In this document: one piece after another, positions 1-9,597 of the stretch
Position numbering within the stretch: the first letter of the stretch is position 1
How the letters are laid out: every line of letters begins with the position of its first letter
Virus record (IMG/VR): IMGVR_UViG_3300025645_000055
Span: 9,386-73,385 of that record
DNA length: 64,000 bases
Origin: a virus
Direction: 5' to 3' (one strand)
Translations under genes and position numbers: made by a program
Notes under the pieces: generated by a model
Databases searched by the model: none
What the model was told of the DNA's origin: nothing
Seen by the model: only the letters and a program-made list of their open reading frames with translations

Positions 1-1
1 A

Positions 2-682
2 GAAAAGAAAAAAACTTTTGATGGTGGTACTAAAAAGTTTAAAAACAGTTTCCCAACATCTGAAACTGAAAAGGTAGATACTTCTACCACACCAAAGGAT
101 TTCTTTAATAACCCTAAAGATGTTTTTAAACCCACAGAAACACTAACACCAAATAGTGATGTGTGTGAACCACATATGGATAAGATTATGTCTATGTATG
201 AAGAAGGGTTCAATAAAATGAACCAAGATGGATATGATTTCTTTGAATTTTTCAAGGGTGTTGTTGAAGCCGATGGTGTTGATAACCCAACCGTATATAA
301 AATGGCACTTAGCATGGCTAAGAATATGGGTGGTTCGGTAACTAAAGAATCGTTACTTAATCAAGCCGACTACTACTTAAAAGAGATTAATACTGTATAC
401 GAACACTACGTAGCACTTGGTAAAACCAAGAGAAGTAATACTCTTACCCAAAAAGAAAATGAAGAATCAACATTGAATTCAGATTTAATTAGAATCAATA
501 ATGAGATTGCAAGACTTAATCTTGAAAAGGGAACTGTTCAAAGGTCTTTAGAAACAATAGATGGTAAGTATACACCACAAGTAACAGACATTGATTGTAA
601 GCTTTTAGCTAACAATCTTGCAAAAGAAACACTTGTAAATTCAATTACAAGCGTAGTAAATGGAATCAAAAATAACATTTAA
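2..682 (+). CDS. 5'-truncated coiled-coil hypothetical protein, first gene of the envelope operon
   Basis: Frame is open from the window start through the 161..682 ORF; C-terminal heptad-like region. Confidence 0.8.
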   Translation, partial: EKKKTFDGGTKKFKNSFPTSETEKVDTSTTPKDFFNNPKDVFKPTETLTPNSDVCEPHMDKIMSMYEEGFNKMNQDGYDFFEFFKGVVEADGVDNPTVYKMALSMAKNMGGSVTKESLLNQADYYLKEINTVYEHYVALGKTKRSNTLTQKENEESTLNSDLIRINNEIARLNLEKGTVQRSLETIDGKYTPQVTDIDCKLLANNLAKETLVNSITSVVNGIKNNI

Positions 683-707
683 TAACAATCAATTTAAAAC
701 AAAAATT

Positions 708-1817
708 ATGAGCAACGGTAACACGGGTAGTAGATATCCAATTTTAAATCACTTTAATGGTGAGCAAATTAAAGAGTCAGTAGATTCTTTTAGAAAAGGT
801 GAAAAAGGATTATTCTTTTTCATGAAATTAGCAGCATTAATCTTAGTGGCTGCGGGTCTTTGGGTATATGTTTTACCACCATTATTTATTATGGCTGGTA
901 AAGCCTTAGCAGTAATTGGTACATTAGTATTAGTAGGTGCATTTATTATTGCATTACCAGTAATCGTTAAAGGATTACGTAGATTTACAAGGTTTATGCA
1001 TAAGTCCCTTATCAAACATGACCCATTCGGTGAATTGTACGAGCAAAAAGATAAGCTTAAAGCTAATAAGACTAATTTCAACCTATCTCAAGGTAAAATT
1101 AATAACCTTAGAGAACAAATGGAAGTTAGTGCATCTAAATCTGAAAATGATGCAGCCGATTACCAAGAGAAAATACTTCAATATAATAAGAAAGCATCTA
1201 AGATTAAAGCACGTATGAATGCTGCTATCGAAAAGTCTGGTGCTGCAGCTAAAGGTGAAGATGAATACATTAATGATAATGTAGAGTTAATGAAAGTAGT
1301 TTCACAAGCCAGTAGAATTGGTCATATGCTTGAACAAGCCAAAGACTTCGTTGTGAAGTATGGTCTTAGGGCAGCAACAATGAAAAGACTTGCACAAAAA
1401 CTGATTATGGTTGGTGCAGCTTTAGATATTAAAATCCTTGATTTTGATGCAACAATTGAAATTCTTGAAAAAGATTTTGAATATGCAAGAGAAGCAAGAG
1501 AAGCGACTACAGTAGTTAAAAACTCATTAGAGTTTGAGGATGGATGGGAAGTTAAGTATGCATTAGGTGTAGTAACAACTACAATTGCACAAGATAACGC
1601 AATCACAAGTGCTAATTTCACAGACATTAATGCATTAACTGCAAACTATGATATGGATTCTGATGTATTATATGACAAGTTAAACATTCTTGCCGATAAT
1701 ATTAACACTGGTAATGATATCATACCATCTGCAAACAAATTTAATGCAGTTGATTACAAGCCAACACATGAAGAGAAGATGACTGCTGGTGGTGGGTTTG
1801 GAAGTGATATGTTTTAA
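708..1817 (+). CDS. Membrane-anchored long coiled-coil protein (PspA-like architecture)
   Basis: Two N-terminal TM segments followed by a long helical region; start moved to the ATG at 708 after an A-rich leader. Confidence 0.7.
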   Translation: MSNGNTGSRYPILNHFNGEQIKESVDSFRKGEKGLFFFMKLAALILVAAGLWVYVLPPLFIMAGKALAVIGTLVLVGAFIIALPVIVKGLRRFTRFMHKSLIKHDPFGELYEQKDKLKANKTNFNLSQGKINNLREQMEVSASKSENDAADYQEKILQYNKKASKIKARMNAAIEKSGAAAKGEDEYINDNVELMKVVSQASRIGHMLEQAKDFVVKYGLRAATMKRLAQKLIMVGAALDIKILDFDATIEILEKDFEYAREAREATTVVKNSLEFEDGWEVKYALGVVTTTIAQDNAITSANFTDINALTANYDMDSDVLYDKLNILADNINTGNDIIPSANKFNAVDYKPTHEEKMTAGGGFGSDMF

Positions 1818-1912
1818 AAAATAAAAAAAAAAGGGGTAAATATTTGATTTTTAAATATATTAATCTTATATTTGCCTCATATTAATAATTAAACAATTTA
1901 AATAAACGAATT

Positions 1913-3754
1913 ATGAGTACAGAAAACAATGGATTAATTTCAAGAGACAAAGGAATGTTCTCGAAAATGACACCCTTATTAAAAGTGATATTGGTGGTAG
2001 CAGTTTTAGCAATAGTAGGAGTGGCTGTTTGGTTTGCTGCACCTGGATTAAGGGTTTCGGCTTCTCAATCGTTAGATGAACTAACATTGGATGACACGAA
2101 ATTAGACAATCAATCAGATTCAAACTTGATTGTATTACCAACAACAAGACCTTCTAATAAGGTTCAAAGTACACCTCAAGTGACTATTGGAACTTATGCT
2201 TGGAATGGTTTAACACCTCTTGCGGCTGCAACTGGTGGTCCTTTTACAACAAAAGGTTCTTTAATGGAAACTAATGGTGTAAACTTAAGAATTGTACGTC
2301 AAGACTGGTTATCTGGTTTACGTGAAATGCAAATGAAGTTCATCGAACAATTTGATGCTGGACAAGAATTCCCAGACTCTGATAGAGCTGCAATGGGAAT
2401 TACAATAATGGGTGATGGAGCACCTTTCTATATCTCCACAATGCAAGGAGCATTAGATGCTAAGTTTGGTAAGGGTAAATATCATGTTGAAGTGGTAGGT
2501 GCATTTGGAATGTCAGATGGTGAAGATAAGGTGATTGGTCCACAAGAGTGGAAAACTAATCCTAAATCAATGATTGGGGCATTAATCTCAACAGTACCAG
2601 GTGATGGTGACTGGGTTACATTGTTAAACTATTGTTTTGCAAATGGACTTAAGGTTAATCCAGACTTTAATACTTATGATGCAGATGCAGTAAATATTTT
2701 TCCATCTAAGGATGATGATTACATCAACTCTGCGAAAGAGTTAATCGCTTCTCAAACAGAAGGATTTACAGTATCACTTAAAGTGGTTAAAGATGGTCAA
2801 CTTACTGGTGAAACAATTCAAAAAGAAATTGATGGTTGTGCAACTTGGACACCTGGAGATAAAATGGTGTTTGATGCATTGGTTGGATATACTGATATTG
2901 CATCAACAAGAGACTTCCCAAATCAAATGGCAACAACACTTATAGTTGTTAAAGAATGGGCATCTACACATCCAGAGATTGTTTCAAATATTCTTAAGTC
3001 GGCATTAACGGCTGCTAATCAAATCAAACAATATGATGAATGGGCAGTTAGAGGTTCAGAAGCTATTGAAGCAACTTTTAAAGTAGAAACACCACAATAC
3101 TGGTATGATATGTTTAAAGGTCAAACTGGAACTAAGAATGGTATTACATACAATATGGGTGGTACGAGAGTACTTAACTATGCAGATGTAATGCAATACT
3201 ACGGTATCACAGATGGTACTAATAGATATAAAGCAGTTTATAATCAAGTATCGGGTTACTTAGTAAACCTTAATCCTTTTGGATTTAACGAATCGGTTGA
3301 TGGTATTGTACCTTACGCAGATGCAGTTAACTTGTTCTACCTTAAGAACATCAATGATATTGATGCTGGTACAACAGTAGAGGTTGATTATACAACAACA
3401 AAAACAGAAGTATTAGCAGATGGAGATTGGTATATCAACTTCAACACTGGTAGTGCAGAGATATTAGGTTCATCTAATACAGACTTAGCTTCGATATATA
3501 ATTTGTTAGTTCAAGCAGAACAAACAAAGATATTAGTTAGTGGTCATACAGATAGTACTGGTAGTGCTAGTGTTAACTTCCCTCTTTCAGAGAGCAGAGC
3601 AAACTCTGTTGTTAACTACTTAGTTAAACGAGGTATCTCAAGAGATAGAATACAAGAAGTAAGTGGTAAAGGAGATTCTGAACCAATTGCATCTAATGGT
3701 ACGAATAGTGGTAGAGCGACTAATCGTAGAGTACAAGTAACATTTGTTCAATAA
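1913..3754 (+). CDS. ABC-type periplasmic substrate-binding domain fused to a C-terminal OmpA-like peptidoglycan-binding domain
   Basis: N-terminal TM; C-terminal INFNTGSA..GHTDSTG..NFPLSESRANSV..NRRVQV OmpA motifs; in an operon with an ABC permease and ATPase. Confidence 0.85.
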   Translation: MSTENNGLISRDKGMFSKMTPLLKVILVVAVLAIVGVAVWFAAPGLRVSASQSLDELTLDDTKLDNQSDSNLIVLPTTRPSNKVQSTPQVTIGTYAWNGLTPLAAATGGPFTTKGSLMETNGVNLRIVRQDWLSGLREMQMKFIEQFDAGQEFPDSDRAAMGITIMGDGAPFYISTMQGALDAKFGKGKYHVEVVGAFGMSDGEDKVIGPQEWKTNPKSMIGALISTVPGDGDWVTLLNYCFANGLKVNPDFNTYDADAVNIFPSKDDDYINSAKELIASQTEGFTVSLKVVKDGQLTGETIQKEIDGCATWTPGDKMVFDALVGYTDIASTRDFPNQMATTLIVVKEWASTHPEIVSNILKSALTAANQIKQYDEWAVRGSEAIEATFKVETPQYWYDMFKGQTGTKNGITYNMGGTRVLNYADVMQYYGITDGTNRYKAVYNQVSGYLVNLNPFGFNESVDGIVPYADAVNLFYLKNINDIDAGTTVEVDYTTTKTEVLADGDWYINFNTGSAEILGSSNTDLASIYNLLVQAEQTKILVSGHTDSTGSASVNFPLSESRANSVVNYLVKRGISRDRIQEVSGKGDSEPIASNGTNSGRATNRRVQVTFVQ

Positions 3755-3770
3755 GAACAAGTAACAAGTT

Positions 3771-3812
3771 AAAGGCAATCCCACTAAAAAACAAATCGGG
3801 GTTGCCTTTATT
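3771..3812 (+). terminator. Intrinsic terminator-like hairpin
   Basis: aaggcaatccc...ggggttgccttt followed by T-rich sequence. Confidence 0.65.
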
Positions 3813-3848
3813 TATTAAATAAATGAGTATAATTAATTAAAAACAATT

Positions 3849-4346
3849 ATGAGAAAAACAATTTTATTATTATTAGTGATGTTAATGTCCACAGTGGCAT
3901 TCTCACAAACGGAAGTAGAAACTACAGAAGTAGAAACTACAAAAACTAGCTTATGGAATCCTTACATCGCAGTAGGGTTATCTGTAACAGATTCAAATGA
4001 TTTTGATGCTACATCTTATGTATCGGCAGAGTTCGGTACTACTATGGATAACTTCTCAGTAGGGGTGGTATTTGGTCGTAATAACCTAGTAGACATTGGA
4101 AAAGATGAATCTTTTAAAGGTGAAAATGGTTATTGGACTGAACTTAAGATTGCAGCTTCAACCCCATTAGGGTTTGTTGATGGATATGCTTTAGTTGGTG
4201 TTGGAACATACTTTGATGGTGGTGGAACATTCCTTGAATATGGGGCTGGACTATCTAAAAATCTAGGACCAATTGATGTTTTTGTACAAGTATCAAATTG
4301 GGATGGCACGACATACGTGACACCTGGAATAAGTGTTTCATTATAA
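3849..4346 (+). CDS. Secreted small outer-membrane beta-barrel-like protein
   Basis: Bacteroidota-type signal peptide (..VAFSQ) and alternating amphipathic strands. Confidence 0.6.
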   Translation: MRKTILLLLVMLMSTVAFSQTEVETTEVETTKTSLWNPYIAVGLSVTDSNDFDATSYVSAEFGTTMDNFSVGVVFGRNNLVDIGKDESFKGENGYWTELKIAASTPLGFVDGYALVGVGTYFDGGGTFLEYGAGLSKNLGPIDVFVQVSNWDGTTYVTPGISVSL

Positions 4347-4367
4347 TATAGTGAACAAATAGAGATT

Positions 4368-4402
4368 AAAAAAAGGGTTAACATATGTTAACCCTTTTTT
4401 TT
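4368..4402. terminator. Palindromic, probably bidirectional terminator
   Basis: aaaaaaagggttaacatatgttaacccttttttt. Confidence 0.75.
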
Positions 4403-4470
4403 ATTTAAATTAATTTGGTAGTCTCATTTATTTAACTTATCTTTGTATTATATAAATAAACAAAAACAAA

Positions 4471-6231
4471 ATGAAATTAAAACAATTATTATTATTCGGA
4501 ATTTTAACCTTAGTAATGGGGTTAACAAATGTTAACGCACAAGACTTTTATCTAAACGCTAATGGTGTCACTTGTATGTGTCCAACGGCAAATATTGGTG
4601 ATAGTGGTGTTGTTAATGGTGTTACCTATACTAAAAGAATCGCAACCGAAATAACCGATGTGAACGCATCTACTACTTGTACGAGTGGTATAACAGATAT
4701 GTCATATTTGTTTGATTCTCATTTTTCTTTTAATGGTGACATTGGAAGTTGGGATGTGAGTGATGTTATAAATATGAGTGGGATGTTTTGGGTTGCAACT
4801 GATTTTAACCAAAATATAGGAAGTTGGGATGTAAGTAATGTTATTAATATGGACAATATGTTTCGAGAAACAACTTCATTCAATCAATATTTGGGGGATT
4901 GGGATGTAAGTAATGTGATTAATATGGAGGTTATATTTTATGAATCACAATCTATTAATCAAGATTTTAGTAATTGGCAATTTAATCCTAATGTTAATTT
5001 GAATTATTTATTCAGTAAATCTGGGTTGGATACTGATAATTATGATTCCTTATTACAATCCTTTGTGAATCAGAATCTTTTAAATAAAGAGATGGTTGCT
5101 GAAGATTTAACATATTGTAATGAAACCCCCAGAAATGAATTACTCAATAATATGGGGTGGATAATTACTGAAGATTTATATCTTCAACCTAATTTAGTAG
5201 CACCAATTAATCTAAATATTGAACCCAACCCAACGACTTGTGTTGCTACTGGTGTAGACCTTGGCACACCATCCACTACAAATGGGTGTGGTGTTGGTGT
5301 TGTGACTAATAACGCACCTACTGAGTTCCCAATAGGTGAAACAATAGTTACTTGGACACTTACTGATGGAAATGGTATTACGGATACAGACACACAACTT
5401 GTTACAGTTACATTATCTGTTGATGTTGCTGAGGTTTGTTATGTGACCAGTGATGATGTTGTGGTAACTAATAATAGAATCTTTCTTTTTAATATCGATG
5501 GTCAAAATGTTGACAATTACGAAGTATTAAGAGAAACAACAACGGGTGGAGTTTATGAAACAATAGGTTTTATCATACCACCAGCAAATTCATTTTTAGA
5601 CACTACTTCCAATAATAACACTCAAGCATATCGTTACAAAGTTCAAACTTTAGATGTGTGTGGTGCAATGTCAATTGAATCACCTTATCATAAAACAATA
5701 TTATTACAAAGTAGTATTGCAGCAAATCAAACAATAAATCTTAGTTGGACACCATATGTTGGTACTGATTATACCACATATAATATTTTCAAACAGATTA
5801 ATGGTGGAACGTTTGAATTATTCACTTCAATAGCTTCAACGAATTTAACATATAATGATATTGATGTGGACATAGCATTAAATGACTATGCATACTTTGT
5901 TTCAATTGATGTTGGTGGTTGTGTCGGAACACCATTTATGTCAGAGTCGATTAAATCAAATCAAGATGGTACATTAATACTTGGTATTAATGATAATGAA
6001 CAATTGGAAAAATCAATTATATTATTTCCAAATCCAACGAGTTCAATAGTTAATATTGAATTACCAGATGATTTAACATTAAATGAAGTTAATATAATAA
6101 ACAATCTTGGTCAAATAGTTGCCCAATATAATAGTAAGTCTTTTAATATCGAAGCATTATCAACTGGATTATATTTTTTAAATATCAATACCAGTAAAGG
6201 AAGTTTCGTTAAACGTTTAATTAAAAACTAA
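4471..6231 (+). CDS. BspA/DUF285 repeat surface protein with HYR/FN3-like domains and a T9SS type A C-terminal sorting domain
   Basis: Signal peptide ending AQ; WDVSNVINM repeats; FPIGETIVTWT; C-terminal FPNPTSS...LSTGLYFLNI...KRLIKN. Confidence 0.9.
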   Translation: MKLKQLLLFGILTLVMGLTNVNAQDFYLNANGVTCMCPTANIGDSGVVNGVTYTKRIATEITDVNASTTCTSGITDMSYLFDSHFSFNGDIGSWDVSDVINMSGMFWVATDFNQNIGSWDVSNVINMDNMFRETTSFNQYLGDWDVSNVINMEVIFYESQSINQDFSNWQFNPNVNLNYLFSKSGLDTDNYDSLLQSFVNQNLLNKEMVAEDLTYCNETPRNELLNNMGWIITEDLYLQPNLVAPINLNIEPNPTTCVATGVDLGTPSTTNGCGVGVVTNNAPTEFPIGETIVTWTLTDGNGITDTDTQLVTVTLSVDVAEVCYVTSDDVVVTNNRIFLFNIDGQNVDNYEVLRETTTGGVYETIGFIIPPANSFLDTTSNNNTQAYRYKVQTLDVCGAMSIESPYHKTILLQSSIAANQTINLSWTPYVGTDYTTYNIFKQINGGTFELFTSIASTNLTYNDIDVDIALNDYAYFVSIDVGGCVGTPFMSESIKSNQDGTLILGINDNEQLEKSIILFPNPTSSIVNIELPDDLTLNEVNIINNLGQIVAQYNSKSFNIEALSTGLYFLNINTSKGSFVKRLIKN

Positions 6232-6238
6232 AAACATT

Positions 6239-7006
6239 ATGAAAATATTAAAACCTTTTGAGGTTGTAGAAACAAAAACAAAATATGCTATCATATTTGG
6301 GTGGTTATTATTGTTATTTGGAAGTTGGTTATGGTATGGTTTATCAGAAACCCATATGTTCCCAACACTTCCACAAGTTGGTGATGGATTTGTGGGTCTG
6401 TGGAATGAAGGGTTAGTAACCCACATATTTAGTTCACTAGCACTTTGTGGTAAAGCAGTGGTATTAGCAATCATAGTTGCATTATCATTTGTTTATTTAT
6501 CACCATTACCATTAATTCAACCAATAGCACATATGTTATCTAAATTTAGATATCTACCACTTACTGGTGTTGCTTTTTATATTACAATGGTTATTTCTGG
6601 TGGACGAAGTATTCAAGTATGGATACTTGTGGTATTTATGACAACATATTTAACCACCTCACTTTTATCGATGTTAAAAGACATTAAAGAAGAAGAATTT
6701 GACCACGCTAGAGCACTTGGGTGTAACAGATGGGAAATACTTTGGGAAGTAGTTGTTAAAGGTAGATTAGATTATGTAATCGAAATGGTTAGACAAAACC
6801 TTGCTATCGTATGGATGATGCTTGTTACAGTAGAAAGTATTATGGCATCGGCTGGTGGACTTGGATTTCTTATTAAGAATTCAGATAAGTTCATGAATCA
6901 CGGTAGAATCATTGCATTACAAATAGTAATATTAGGTGTAGGACTTAGTATGGATTATTTTCTTACAACAACAAGAAGATTATTATTTAGATATTCAAAA
7001 ATATAA
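6239..7006 (+). CDS. ABC transporter permease (NitT/TauT family)
   Basis: Multiple TMs; EAA-like loop DHARALGC; ESIMASAGGLGF. Confidence 0.9.
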   Translation: MKILKPFEVVETKTKYAIIFGWLLLLFGSWLWYGLSETHMFPTLPQVGDGFVGLWNEGLVTHIFSSLALCGKAVVLAIIVALSFVYLSPLPLIQPIAHMLSKFRYLPLTGVAFYITMVISGGRSIQVWILVVFMTTYLTTSLLSMLKDIKEEEFDHARALGCNRWEILWEVVVKGRLDYVIEMVRQNLAIVWMMLVTVESIMASAGGLGFLIKNSDKFMNHGRIIALQIVILGVGLSMDYFLTTTRRLLFRYSKI

Positions 7007-7009
7007 ATT

Positions 7010-7171
7010 ATGACTAAAAAAAACCATTTCGGGTTTTGGTTAATAATATTAGGTCTAATACATTTGATGTTAACATTAATATTTGAAGGACAATTTGGTA
7101 TTGATATGGCGTGGTATTGGTTTATCATTAGTTTAACAACGATATTCATTGGAATATATTTATACGAATAA
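7010..7171 (+). CDS. Small two-TM membrane protein (53 aa, not in ORF track)
   Basis: MTKKNHFGFWLIILGLIHLML...YLYE read by hand; fills the gap between neighbouring genes. Confidence 0.6.
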   Translation: MTKKNHFGFWLIILGLIHLMLTLIFEGQFGIDMAWYWFIISLTTIFIGIYLYE

Positions 7172-7173
7172 TT

Positions 7174-7479
7174 ATGAAGTTTACAAGAGAACAATTTGAC
7201 GAATTAGGACCCCTTCATGTAGATGATTTTCCTATTGATAGTTCCAACCAAGATATAATGTTTAATCTATTCAATAGTCTAGATGAATATCTTCAAGGAA
7301 TGGCACTTCAACACGGTTTTAGTGATAGTGTTTTTAGAGACGATTTATTTGAGTGTTTATGTGATAAACTATTAGGTATGACTTGTGAAGAATACTATAA
7401 GAGTGATATTGGTAAGGATTATTTTGATAATGGTGAAACAATAGAACTTGATTTTACCATTATCAAGGGGTGGATATAA
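7174..7479 (+). CDS. Hypothetical protein
   Basis: ORF in operon context. Confidence 0.7.
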   Translation: MKFTREQFDELGPLHVDDFPIDSSNQDIMFNLFNSLDEYLQGMALQHGFSDSVFRDDLFECLCDKLLGMTCEEYYKSDIGKDYFDNGETIELDFTIIKGWI

Positions 7480-7507
7480 AATATTAATAATATAAATAAT
7501 TAAAAAC

Positions 7508-8338
7508 ATGCAATACGAATTAAAAGACACTATATTATATTTAGACAAAGTTGAGTTAGGATATGGTAGTGGTAAAAATTATAAAACAGTCCTTAAGGAT
7601 GTTAATATAGTTGAAAAAGATGTGGTTAGAGATGGTCATGTAACGGGTCAAGTGATTGCCGTTGTTGGAAGAAGTGGTAGGGGAAAGTCTACCCTATTTA
7701 AAGCCATGACTGGTCTTGTAAAACCTCATAGTGGGGAAGCATTGATTACTGAGTTGGATAGTCCAGAGGGTGATGATGCAAAGAATGTAGAAGAGGGTGA
7801 TGTAGGTTTTGTAGACCAGAAATATACCTTATTCAGACATAAGACAGTTGAACAAATATTTCGCTACGCACTTAGAAAAAGTGGATTAACCAAGGTTGAG
7901 AAAACTGAAAAGGTTAATCGATATTTAGGTGAGTGGGGATTAGAAAAACAACGTAAGCAATACCCGATTGAATTATCTGGTGGGCAAAGACAACGTACTG
8001 CAATCATTGAACAAATTCTTTCATCTGGACACTTTATGGTATTAGATGAACCGTTCTCTGGATTGGATGTTGGAAACATTAGAGATGTAAAAAGGTCTAT
8101 CGAATTAATTAAGAAAGACCACGAATTAAACACTATCATCTTCTCAACACATGAGTTAAGACTTGCAGTTGAATTGGCAGATAGTATATATGTAGTTGGT
8201 TACCCAGAGGGAACAACTGATTATGCGACAATCGTTAAACATTACGATTTAAAAGAAATGGGAATAGCTTGGACAGAGTATGGTCAAGCCCACATTGATT
8301 TAGTTGCAGATATTGATAATACAATGATGAATTCATAA
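7508..8338 (+). CDS. ABC transporter ATP-binding protein
   Basis: Walker A GRSGRGKST, signature LSGGQRQR, Walker B MVLDEPF, H-loop STH. Confidence 0.95.
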   Translation: MQYELKDTILYLDKVELGYGSGKNYKTVLKDVNIVEKDVVRDGHVTGQVIAVVGRSGRGKSTLFKAMTGLVKPHSGEALITELDSPEGDDAKNVEEGDVGFVDQKYTLFRHKTVEQIFRYALRKSGLTKVEKTEKVNRYLGEWGLEKQRKQYPIELSGGQRQRTAIIEQILSSGHFMVLDEPFSGLDVGNIRDVKRSIELIKKDHELNTIIFSTHELRLAVELADSIYVVGYPEGTTDYATIVKHYDLKEMGIAWTEYGQAHIDLVADIDNTMMNS

Positions 8339-9055
8339 ATGGCAAGAGAAACCTTACTTAGTGGAAAAGCATATGATAATTGTGAAATGCAATCTATCAA
8401 TGGTGATTTTTTAGCTTTTACCAGCTTCAAAAGAATGAATTGGTATGTTAGTAGAGGTTTAGCCGAAGTTATTGATGACAACAAGTATCAATTAAATTTT
8501 GTGACCAATGGGGATTTCGGTGATAAGAGTGATTACTATCGATTAAAACTAGAGAATAAATGTGTTATATGTGGTGATGAAGATAATTTAACTAAGCACC
8601 ACATCGTACCATATCAATTTAGAAAGTTTATTCCAATGAAATATAAAAAGGGGTTATCCCGTGATGTGGTTTGTATATGCCATGGTTGTCATAAAGATTA
8701 TGAAACAATAGCAGACATCTTTAAGGAAGAACTACTAATCAAGTATGATTTGGTTGATGACTTAAATATTAGTAACACCCTTGGTAAGTATTTTAATACA
8801 CTTAAGAATTATAGTCACTATCAAACTAAAGAAACAATAGAACGTTTATCTAGTTTTATAACAACACATGTTGGTAGACCAATTGATGAAGTACTTAAAG
8901 ATGATTGGTTAGAAACAGTCGATACTTCTAAAAAATTGGTTGATTTAGTTAATGTTGATGACTTTATTATTTTATGGAGAAACCATTTTATAGAAACAAC
9001 AGAACCAAAGTACTTACCAGAAGAATGGGTTAAGGACATAAATAGAGTAATATAA
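8339..9055 (+). CDS. HNH-like zinc-binding protein resembling the EXD2 C-terminal domain
   Basis: YDNC..WY..ENKCVICG..HHIVP..FRK..DVVCICHGCH..WRNHF..PKYLP motif order. Confidence 0.75.
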   Translation: MARETLLSGKAYDNCEMQSINGDFLAFTSFKRMNWYVSRGLAEVIDDNKYQLNFVTNGDFGDKSDYYRLKLENKCVICGDEDNLTKHHIVPYQFRKFIPMKYKKGLSRDVVCICHGCHKDYETIADIFKEELLIKYDLVDDLNISNTLGKYFNTLKNYSHYQTKETIERLSSFITTHVGRPIDEVLKDDWLETVDTSKKLVDLVNVDDFIILWRNHFIETTEPKYLPEEWVKDINRVI

Positions 9056-9234
9056 TGGCAGAAAGAAAAACAAAGTGTGATGTGTGTGATAGTACTAAAT
9101 TTATAATTCAACATACTATACCCCAAAAAATGTTAGTCAAACAATTACAAATGGTACAAGCTAAATGTATATGTGGTAATATTTTTGAGTTCGTAAGACG
9201 CACACCTGGAGTGGGTAGAGGCAGAATTCTATAA
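9055..9234 (+). CDS. Small zinc-ribbon protein (59 aa, not in ORF track)
   Basis: CDVC...CICG; start overlaps the previous stop (taatg). Confidence 0.6.
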   Translation: MAERKTKCDVCDSTKFIIQHTIPQKMLVKQLQMVQAKCICGNIFEFVRRTPGVGRGRIL

Positions 9235-9261
9235 ATTTTTTAAAAGTTTTTCCAAAAAGAC

Positions 9262-9551
9262 TTGCTTTTTATAAAAAGTTGTCTTATATTTGTACCATAA
9301 TAATTACAATGACTTGTAGTCGGGGGCTTCTAATCAAACGGGAGTTATACGTAATCATACTGGAAATGGAAGTGTAAGTCTTCCCAGGTCAACAAAAAAA
9401 AATAAATTAAAAGTTTTTTAAATAAAACTTGCTTTATTAAAATAATAGTTCTATATTTGCACTGTTGTTAATTTGAAAGACAACGAAAAAAAATATATTA
9501 AAAGTTTTTTAAAAAAAACTTGCTTTATTAAAATAATAGTCTTATATTTGC
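9262..9551 (+). promoter_or_regulatory. Three tandem Bacteroidota sigma70-type promoters driving the RNA island
   Basis: cttgc-N~18-tatatttg at about 9262-9292, 9429-9459 and 9520-9550; the last two are near-identical ~50-bp repeats. Confidence 0.8.
9310..9392 (+). ncRNA. tRNA-like RNA with atypical D and anticodon regions
   Basis: Acceptor tgacttg/caggtca; T-like arm ggaag-tgtaagt-cttcc. Confidence 0.5.
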
Positions 9552-9576
9552 AGAGTCGTTTAGAAATAGATGACAC

Positions 9577-9592
9577 GTTCATTAAAATATTG
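9577..9592 (+). promoter_or_regulatory. boxA-like antitermination element
   Basis: gttcattaaaatattg between the promoters and the giant RNA; second copy at 11644-11662. Confidence 0.5.
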
Positions 9593-9597
9593 AAAAT

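Noticed and set aside
4740-4980. DNA tandem repeat (ggaagttgggatgt...) as a DGR or non-coding repeat
   Set aside because: Explained by the in-frame 25-aa BspA/DUF285 protein repeats; no reverse transcriptase is present.
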